Assembly (NCBI GenBank): GCA_043751595.1
Contig: JAYUZR010000042.1
Coordinates: 270-64,269 of the forward strand
Reading direction: 5' to 3'
Length of the DNA stretch: 64,000 nucleotides
Source: Candidatus Berkelbacteria bacterium
Lineage (GTDB): Bacteria; Patescibacteriota; UBA1384; CAILIB01
How positions within the stretch are numbered: position 1 is the first letter of the stretch; each line of letters begins with the position of its first letter. Below are positions 56,985 through 64,000 of this stretch, piece by piece. The notes under the pieces are model-generated. The model was given only the letters and a program-made list of their open reading frames with translations, did no database searches and had not been told where the DNA came from. A program made the position numbers and the translations under genes.

Positions 56985-57924
56985 ATCCCATTATTCCTTC
57001 AATCTCCAGAAGGAGTCCGGGACGACAAATCTCATCCCTTAGATAAATCGGATGATCTAGCCCAACCAAGACCTGCTTAATCTCCGCCAAGTCTTCACCC
57101 TTTCGCACATACACCCGGATTGTGTGAAGGTCGGCTATCTCAAAACTGCAGGCCCCTAGGTTTTTTAGTGAGCACAAAGCCTTAAGATTACGCAGCGTCT
57201 CCTCAGCCTGCTCCTTTGCCGTCTCATGCACCGTTTCTTCACCTAGTACGCTAGCAGTACCAGAAATGATCAATTGCCCACTACATAACGATCCCCGAGC
57301 AAAAACAGGCGGAAGCTTGCCGAACTTCCCAGAGTAAGTAGCAGCCGGAACCTGACGGTAGTTTTGGACATGTCGCACCGACTGTCGTGTAAGCAACACC
57401 TGCACAACCAGCGGGCCGGCGTATGCGCCAATTCCGGTTGCTGCTGGATATACTGGCGCGCCAGCTTCATCTTTAGGGCCACGTTCCTGCCAAGCCGCAA
57501 AGCGGCCAGCGTTAAATAAGCGGTAGCGCTCCTGCTCATCCGCCCCCTCAAGAATACGAGGAACATAGTTCCAGATGCGAAGAAGTTGATAATCTGGAAG
57601 CTGCTCCATCAACCGGAATACCTTTTGGTATGCCATCTCTGCAACACTAGAAAGATCAACTACATCATCTTGGCGAACCTCGAAGTAGGCAACCTCTTCG
57701 CAAAAGCGCACGGTTACCCCGTCGATTATCTGTGAAGTTACCACTTCATCTCCCAGCAGAAGTTCGAAGCATTCATCTTGGAGGGGCTCAATCCAAACAG
57801 GATCACAACCAGACTCAACTTCATCACCCTTTTTCACAAACTGGGTAAGTCGCAGTACCTGCTCTTCATGAGACGCCAGTAGCTCTGCCAGCTTAGACTT
57901 GTCACAAAAAATACTTTTAACCAT
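56983..57924 (-). CDS. FkbO/Hyg5/XanB2-like chorismatase family protein
   Basis: RIWNY, RYRLFN.GR, PAATGIG, N.RQ, FAR, ISGTAS and ICR..LLLEIEG motifs. Confidence 0.85.
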   Translation of the reverse strand: MVKSIFCDKSKLAELLASHEEQVLRLTQFVKKGDEVESGCDPVWIEPLQDECFELLLGDEVVTSQIIDGVTVRFCEEVAYFEVRQDDVVDLSSVAEMAYQKVFRLMEQLPDYQLLRIWNYVPRILEGADEQERYRLFNAGRFAAWQERGPKDEAGAPVYPAATGIGAYAGPLVVQVLLTRQSVRHVQNYRQVPAATYSGKFGKLPPVFARGSLCSGQLIISGTASVLGEETVHETAKEQAEETLRNLKALCSLKNLGACSFEIADLHTIRVYVRKGEDLAEIKQVLVGLDHPIYLRDEICRPGLLLEIEGIMG

Positions 57925-57926
57925 TA

Positions 57927-58739
57927 TTAGCGTTCAAAATAGAGGCTGACATTATTACTCTTTCCGGCCCACACCTTCATATCTGCAAGATCCAGCTCTT
58001 TCGCAACCAACAAAGCAGACTCTTGATACTGAGCGAGGGTTGGGGCATTTAGGTGGGCTCGTATATACGCTTCTTTTAGATGCTTTTCACCGTCGCGCTG
58101 CTGAGCTGCAGCCACAAAGGCTAGCTGGCCTTCGTTACTCAAGTCATCCACCCGACGAAAGCCATCAATCCTCGTCATACCACCTCGTTGTTTAGTGGCA
58201 AGAACCATCCGCTTTAACGCATCGGCAAGCTCATCTACTCGGTGAATCATATTTCGCGAAGTGGCGAGATCAAACGCAATACCCGAATCTTTGGATACAG
58301 CGAGGGCATTATGCTCAATAATGTGCACCCTTTCGGCTACTTCAAAAAGGATCCTATTCTCCTCAGCGCATTCGATCATGTCTGGAGAAATATCAACTCC
58401 AACCATTCGCGCAGTAGGCAACTCCTTAGCAATGAGCGAAGTTAAGATGGCTGGACCACAACCAAAGTCGATTATTTGCGGGTGCTCAATATGTTTACTA
58501 CGCACAAGCTGGCCGATATCTTTAACCAAAGGCGCATACCTCTCTAGATTTCGTAGAGCTTCTTGATTAAACTCAGATGCCTCCAGGCCAAGAATCGCCT
58601 CATTATCCTGCTTATCGGCAATAGTCTCGCCTCCGGCAACTCTACCCAGCCCCGCCTGCTCCACAACCTGCTCCAGACCCTCCCTTGCGCGCGCAAAGGT
58701 GCGCATATCATCTTGGGTGTATATCTTGAGTTTGTCCAT
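57927..58739 (-). CDS. class I SAM-dependent methyltransferase
   Basis: IDFGCGPA, GVDISPDM and FDLATS motifs. Confidence 0.88.
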   Translation of the reverse strand: MDKLKIYTQDDMRTFARAREGLEQVVEQAGLGRVAGGETIADKQDNEAILGLEASEFNQEALRNLERYAPLVKDIGQLVRSKHIEHPQIIDFGCGPAILTSLIAKELPTARMVGVDISPDMIECAEENRILFEVAERVHIIEHNALAVSKDSGIAFDLATSRNMIHRVDELADALKRMVLATKQRGGMTRIDGFRRVDDLSNEGQLAFVAAAQQRDGEKHLKEAYIRAHLNAPTLAQYQESALLVAKELDLADMKVWAGKSNNVSLYFER

Positions 58740-58918
58740 CCTAGTATTCGATAGTTACTGGTACACTTTTTCGACTGTGTCTAACTAATAAGACGTGTAT
58801 ACGAGAAAGTGTGTGATTGGCTGCGTTTTACCCTGATATTAATCAGATATCAATAGCTAAGGAATGCTCTTGAGTCTTTTATTGGTGTGATGTATACTAT
58901 GTCTACAAATACAGACAT

Positions 58919-59689
58919 ATGGATACCAGTATACTTTCTTCCCTCAGCGAAGCCGGTCTCTCCGAAAAAGAGGCTCGGGTTTACGTTGCCATGCTCGAGC
59001 TTGGCGAATCAAGCATCATCCCCATTGCACAGCGGGCCGGTATTAAACGCACCACCGTCTATAATTATCTCGATGAGTTTCACCGGCTTGGGCTAATCAG
59101 CGTTACTATTCGCAACCAACGTCAGTTTTATCGCGCCGCCTCCCCCACTCGTCTCCAAGACCTATTACGCGAACGCCTCTCTAAGGTTGAGAGTATCGTT
59201 CCCACTCTGTTCTCACTGTATCAACAAGAAGAAGGCAAGCCTTCGGTTCAGATGTTTGAGGGAGTTGAGGGAATTAAAACAGTTTTCCAACTTTCGCTCG
59301 ATTGTGCCGGTAAAAAGATTGATGCCATGCCAGTACACGCTTCTGGCCATAGCCACGTAGGTGATGCATTTATTACCTCTTACCTTGATCAAACCAAAAA
59401 GAAAAAGATTGCCTACAGAAGTCTTCGCTTAGCTGGAGATGCCGCGGCCTATACCCAGAGTGGATATGAAAAAGTCCTACCCACCCCGGACGATAACCGC
59501 GAGATTCGAGTTGCGCCTGAATGGTTTACACCCGAGAGCCATATCCATATGTACGACGATACGGTAGCAATCTTCTCCCAAACCAAGGAGAAACCGTACG
59601 CAATGCTGATTACCAGCAAGAGCTATCATCAGACGATGCAGCTATTCTTTGAAGCGATTTGGAACCAGTCTTCGGAAGTTACAGCCTAG
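58919..59689 (+). CDS. TrmB family transcriptional regulator
   Basis: GLSEKEARVY, KRTTVY, FEGVEG, YDDTVAI and FEAIW. Confidence 0.9.
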   Translation: MDTSILSSLSEAGLSEKEARVYVAMLELGESSIIPIAQRAGIKRTTVYNYLDEFHRLGLISVTIRNQRQFYRAASPTRLQDLLRERLSKVESIVPTLFSLYQQEEGKPSVQMFEGVEGIKTVFQLSLDCAGKKIDAMPVHASGHSHVGDAFITSYLDQTKKKKIAYRSLRLAGDAAAYTQSGYEKVLPTPDDNREIRVAPEWFTPESHIHMYDDTVAIFSQTKEKPYAMLITSKSYHQTMQLFFEAIWNQSSEVTA

Positions 59690-59692
59690 TTT

Positions 59693-60451
59693 TTATTGCT
59701 CAGAACTTATCTTCCACAATTCCTTAAACCAACTCCTCATACTCTCAGCGTAATCGCGAGAGGTCGTTACCACGCCAAAACTCTCTTTAGCTGTAGTTAC
59801 CACCGCTACGCTATCGCCATAAATAAGAATAACCGAGGGGCTCGTAAAGCCTTCGGGGGCATAGCGAATAGTTCGAAGGAGTTCTTTCGTGCCAACATAT
59901 TCATCGGTCTCTTGCTCACCACTGCGAATCCTAATTGCCCTGGCTTTTATCTGCTTGGCAGCACGCCTACGGATCCAATCTCGCAGAAAGCGATCCCCCA
60001 CTGCGAGAGAGATATTAGTGGTGTTACCCACGTAGCACATCTCATTAATCGGCTGATCAATAATATCGTTGTAAAGATCGCGCAACTCCTCTCCTTTAAA
60101 AACCTGGACTCGTGGCTGGAAGGGACTTGAGCGAAAAAGCTGATTCAGCTCGGGTAGTACTTCTTCTAGTTGCTGAGCCTGCATCTCTAGCTGGGCCCCT
60201 TTTTTTCGGATAAGTGAGATAAGGCTCTTGGGTGAAACCGCGATATAACGCTTATGGGTGGCGTGCTGCACAATTTCAATCAATCCCTTGGTCTGCAGCT
60301 TCTCAAGTACGTATACTAAGGTAGTACGCACAATCCCCGTCTTTTTTACCAGCGGCACAATGGTGCATTCACTTAACTCGAGCGCTGCCAGATAGGTAGC
60401 AATCTCTTTGCCATCCAGACCTAGTTTCTCCAGGGTTTCTTGTAAGAGCAT
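59693..60451 (-). CDS. TrmB family transcriptional regulator
   Basis: GLDGKEIATY, RTTL, IYGDSVA and FKELW. Confidence 0.9.
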   Translation of the reverse strand: MLLQETLEKLGLDGKEIATYLAALELSECTIVPLVKKTGIVRTTLVYVLEKLQTKGLIEIVQHATHKRYIAVSPKSLISLIRKKGAQLEMQAQQLEEVLPELNQLFRSSPFQPRVQVFKGEELRDLYNDIIDQPINEMCYVGNTTNISLAVGDRFLRDWIRRRAAKQIKARAIRIRSGEQETDEYVGTKELLRTIRYAPEGFTSPSVILIYGDSVAVVTTAKESFGVVTTSRDYAESMRSWFKELWKISSEQ

Positions 60452-60586
60452 ATGACGAACTATTTCGACGTTACATTACAAATATACCAGCAAATACTTG
60501 ATGCTTAAACCTGTTAAAGCTTAAGTAAGCGTTGACGTAAATAGTCATCAAAGCTATAACACCCGCGATTTATTACAGCAACTATC

Positions 60587-61651
60587 ATGCCTCAAGAATA
60601 CCACAACTCATCCGAAGAGCCTCCTACACGTCACGTGCAGGAGCGTCACTCCGTACAACGATATGACAAAATGGGTGAAGTTAGCGAAGAAAGTACTCCA
60701 GCTAATACCTGGGGGCTGATCGAGTGGAATGGCGAAGTTCGCAGCGTCTACCAGGATACGGAGCTTATGCGCATGTTTGTTAATCCGATTCTTACAACCA
60801 AGCCTCACGGAGTAACTCGCTTTGCCGACTTTGGCGGTGCTAACGGCAAAGTGCTTCGAGAAGTATTCACCATGACTAGAGAGGCCCAGCTGCAAGAGTT
60901 GTATGAAGAACAGCTTGCCACAGGCCTGAGTGAAGAAGGGGCACGCAAAGTAGCCGATGACCGATTTTCCAGGGAAGGAATTCTCCCTATCGGTCTCACT
61001 ATCGACGCCGAACTAAAGGTGAAGGACGGCAAGACTACTAGGGCTTGGAATGAGTTCAGGGAAGCTAATCCGGACGACACAAGTCGGGTTTTTGCCAGCG
61101 CCACCGACTACATGCAAGAAGTACCCAATATTGCCCCCGACTCTCTCGACATTGCCCTTTCCCGCTACAGCCTCCAGTACGTTTCTGCAGAAAATCATAC
61201 CGTTTTCTTAAAACGACAGGCCGACCTTGTAAAGCCAGGCGGACAAGTACTCGCCCAGTGGCCAGGTGCCGCTGATGAGCGCAGTGAGGTTATGCTCAAT
61301 ACATTTTGGTCAAACTTTGCCCATATTACCCAGGGGGTAGATCCGGCAGAGTTTTTAACCAGGCAGCACTACCCAACCCTAGAGCAGGTGCAGAAAGCGG
61401 TAGAAGATGCCGGACTTACTATTACATCGCTCGAGTCAGTGCCCAACCTAAAGATCTTCATGTATGAAGAGGCGTTGAGTAATGGGACCAGATTTACTCC
61501 ACTTTCGGAGAGCCAAAAGGCAGACTTGCGAGAATTATATGTCCACCTACACAATGAGTTCCCCGACTTGGTTCACTTTGATGAAGAAACCGATAACTAC
61601 TGGACGAGTATGACGCTTGGCATGCTGGTAGCCGAGAAGCCTACTGAATGA
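60587..61651 (+). CDS. class I SAM-dependent methyltransferase
   Basis: ADFGGANG, LDIALSRYSLQY and VKPGG motifs; acidic N-terminal extension. Confidence 0.8.
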   Translation: MPQEYHNSSEEPPTRHVQERHSVQRYDKMGEVSEESTPANTWGLIEWNGEVRSVYQDTELMRMFVNPILTTKPHGVTRFADFGGANGKVLREVFTMTREAQLQELYEEQLATGLSEEGARKVADDRFSREGILPIGLTIDAELKVKDGKTTRAWNEFREANPDDTSRVFASATDYMQEVPNIAPDSLDIALSRYSLQYVSAENHTVFLKRQADLVKPGGQVLAQWPGAADERSEVMLNTFWSNFAHITQGVDPAEFLTRQHYPTLEQVQKAVEDAGLTITSLESVPNLKIFMYEEALSNGTRFTPLSESQKADLRELYVHLHNEFPDLVHFDEETDNYWTSMTLGMLVAEKPTE

Positions 61652-61663
61652 ATAGCTTATTCG

Positions 61664-62434
61664 CTACGCCACCCAAACCACTTGCTTTACGCTAGCCCAT
61701 AGCCGGGATTGTTCTTTCTCAGGATCACCACCCTCCTTAGTTAGCGCAAGAGCGTAACTTAGCATGCGAGTAACATGCCCGTCGCTTTTCCCAATATAGG
61801 TATAAGGTGAAGCCTGAAGAGCAAGACCGTATCCCTTTTCTTGGCAGAAGGATTGCAACTCTAATACATTCCCGATTAATGCCATCCAGGTTGGCCGGTA
61901 ATCAAGATCTGGCAAAGAATCTAAAAAACTTAGTATCTCATCTGTAATTAACGAGTCCCGGATTGCATCCTCTCTAGCTTTGTAAAAAGGATAGATAAGA
62001 TCGGCCATATCCAGAGTGAGCAGTAGAGCGAAGGAATCAGTACATTGAAGGTTTGTATCAATAGTCTGAGTAATCTCTTGATACTTAGCATATCTAAACT
62101 GGCCCTCAAACCATCTTCCCCCTCCACAGTAATCAAGGTTAATCAGATTATACGGAAAAGCCTGCGTAAAGACCGCTGATTGTAGTAGCTGGTTATAGGG
62201 GCTGCGAAAGATTACTCGACATACCTGTGAAGTAGTGGTCGGATCAAGGGTTACACCATCAACAATCAGATTCACACCATGATTACTCTGTTTTACCTTG
62301 AGCCAATACTCGTCCCTATCTCCCAAGAATTCCAATACCTTCACCACACGCAAAGATGAGAGAAGCTGATTGAGCGCAGGCGCCCACAATGCTTCTCTCA
62401 CCACAGCTTTTTCTTGGGATAAAAAGCGGATCAC
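61664..62434 (-). CDS. hypothetical protein, possibly a divergent methyltransferase fold
   Basis: VLEFLG and YNLINLDYCG; overlaps the upstream stop by 4 bp. Confidence 0.6.
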   Translation of the reverse strand: MIRFLSQEKAVVREALWAPALNQLLSSLRVVKVLEFLGDRDEYWLKVKQSNHGVNLIVDGVTLDPTTTSQVCRVIFRSPYNQLLQSAVFTQAFPYNLINLDYCGGGRWFEGQFRYAKYQEITQTIDTNLQCTDSFALLLTLDMADLIYPFYKAREDAIRDSLITDEILSFLDSLPDLDYRPTWMALIGNVLELQSFCQEKGYGLALQASPYTYIGKSDGHVTRMLSYALALTKEGGDPEKEQSRLWASVKQVVWVA

Positions 62435-63093
62435 TCTATCTTTTTTACATGGAAGAGTAGAAACGGTGCAACTCCTTTACTGGTACCCTCGTCTCCATAG
62501 AGACGACTTACTTTTTCTAGGGTAAGACCTGCCAGCGCAAAGACCTCTACAAAGTCTCCTTCTGACCAATACCAATCGTCTACTACCAAGCCTTGGCCGA
62601 GGGTAGTTTTTACGCGCGCTCCCGACTCTGGCGGATCGATAAACGAGGTGTGGAAAGAACTAAACTGAACCTCATTAATCTCCAAATAGTTTGAATGAAA
62701 AATGATCAGCGAACCCCCAGGTTGCAGTACCTTGGCAATCTCTTGTATCCAATGAGCCACTTTCCCAAGTGAGTCCATGGTACAAAAGACGTAGTTTGCC
62801 ACCACTGCGGCAAACGTAGCCTCACCCAAGTCGGCAAGAGACTCACCAATTAGGAGAGCCCCTAGGCCGGCCTTGGCAATCATATCCGGAGATTGATCCA
62901 CCCCTACCACTTCATATCCAAGCCTCTGCAAAGTTCGCATAAAATGACCTTCGCCACAGCCAAAATCGAGCACTCGAGCTGAGGGCAAAGGAAGTTCCCT
63001 TACCACCGCCGGATAGCCAATTGTATGCTCGGTAGTTGCTGCGTCACTTACAAATGCCGCAAACTCGTCCGCTACTTTCCCTCGATACTCCAT
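62431..63093 (-). CDS. class I SAM-dependent methyltransferase
   Basis: VLDFGCGEG, GVDQS and LQPGG motifs; AGGAGG SD site. Confidence 0.9.
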   Translation of the reverse strand: MEYRGKVADEFAAFVSDAATTEHTIGYPAVVRELPLPSARVLDFGCGEGHFMRTLQRLGYEVVGVDQSPDMIAKAGLGALLIGESLADLGEATFAAVVANYVFCTMDSLGKVAHWIQEIAKVLQPGGSLIIFHSNYLEINEVQFSSFHTSFIDPPESGARVKTTLGQGLVVDDWYWSEGDFVEVFALAGLTLEKVSRLYGDEGTSKGVAPFLLFHVKKIE

Positions 63094-63224
63094 CGTTTTC
63101 CTCCTGTTCGTTGATTGAACGAAGTAGAGATACCGGCTTATCGTGACTTAGTCAAAGGAATGTGATGACAAAGTAGACTCACCTGTGCTATAGATGTGAC
63201 TACGTAACTTCTTACCCTTTAGCA

Positions 63225-63983
63225 ATGGCCGAATCAGATCACAAAGGCGTGATTTCTTCACTTATCTCACTTGGATTATCTCAGCATGAATCCGCTGTGT
63301 ATCTTAGTGTCCTCGCCCTTGGTGAGGTAAGTGCCGGGAAAGTAATTGAAGATGTTCGGCTCCATCGTGAACAAGTGTATCGCGCCCTCAAGCGCCTAGC
63401 AGATGATGGATTGCTAACTACGTATGAACATCAACACAAAGCTTTCTATTCGGCTGTTGAGCCAAGAATTCTGGTTGAGCGAGTACAGGCTAAAGTTGCA
63501 CTCGCGGAATCGGTCTTGCCCTACCTAGAAACACTGCACCAGCGAAAGATGCAGATTATTAAGGTGGGCGAAGGGATTGATTCTCTCGAGGCTCATCTTG
63601 AAGACATGCTCACTAACCTCCCCTGGGGCGGCGAGTACTTAGTAATTAGCGGATATGGCGATCAATTCTACGAACTTGCTAAGGACTATCTGGCAAGGTA
63701 TCACCGAAAGTTTCTTTCTAAGGGATTACGCGGCAGACTGCTACTGGCAAACCAGCCAGAGGGTGAGGGCATTTCTAGCGCTATTCCTTCCGCCTCTTTT
63801 GCTGCCACCACTATTTATGGAGATAAAATGGCAATCGAGATTCTAGATCCGGAAAATCCGGCCATTATCACTATTGAGAATAGTAAGGTTGCCTCCTCCT
63901 ATCGAGATACCTTTGAATCGCTCTGGCGCCACGAAAAAGATATGAGCCGAAAGTGGAAGATTGAAGGCCTTATTCGGGACTAA
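63225..63983 (+). CDS. TrmB family transcriptional regulator
   Basis: GLSQHESAVY, HREQVY, IYGDKMAI and FESLW. Confidence 0.88.
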   Translation: MAESDHKGVISSLISLGLSQHESAVYLSVLALGEVSAGKVIEDVRLHREQVYRALKRLADDGLLTTYEHQHKAFYSAVEPRILVERVQAKVALAESVLPYLETLHQRKMQIIKVGEGIDSLEAHLEDMLTNLPWGGEYLVISGYGDQFYELAKDYLARYHRKFLSKGLRGRLLLANQPEGEGISSAIPSASFAATTIYGDKMAIEILDPENPAIITIENSKVASSYRDTFESLWRHEKDMSRKWKIEGLIRD

Positions 63984-64000
63984 AAGTACTGGGAGTCGCA

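Noticed and set aside
1-64000. CRISPR array, cas genes, rRNA, tRNA, prophage, retron/DGR reverse transcriptase
   Set aside because: I saw no spaced repeats, cloverleafs, phage structural genes or RT motifs by eye, and intergenic gaps are short.

Overview
A gene-dense bacterial window of roughly balanced GC that reads like a Patescibacteria/CPR (host-dependent, monoderm) chromosome. This is inferred from three TrmB-type regulators, a DipZ/thioredoxin operon, heliorhodopsin, a small Gly-rich membrane protein of a type I recall from CPR genomes, and almost no biosynthetic genes. Housekeeping genes include gpmI, pyrG, a DEAD-box helicase, an RsmB/F-type methyltransferase, an ABC-F ATPase, several transporters and three two-component pairs. 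There is one IS481/IS3-like element and a VapBC pair. I saw no rRNA, tRNA or CRISPR array. The main second-look items are: (1) three tandem divergent modules pairing a TrmB regulator with a SAM methyltransferase (57-64 kb), each with its own candidate operator, one carrying an FkbO/Hyg5-type chorismatase; (2) two expression grammars, leaderless TANNNT-N6-ATG for most genes versus TTGACA-like-17-TANNN(non-T) with a 5' leader for accessory or host-facing genes; (3) a PEP-CTERM protein in an apparent CPR genome; (4) heliorhodopsin directly upstream of a TMEM175 K+ channel; (5) a 1199-aa repeat protein with an intact PPP-type phosphatase domain; (6) a RAPP-motif uORF before an ECF sigma factor. 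All motif calls were made by eye and no database search was run.
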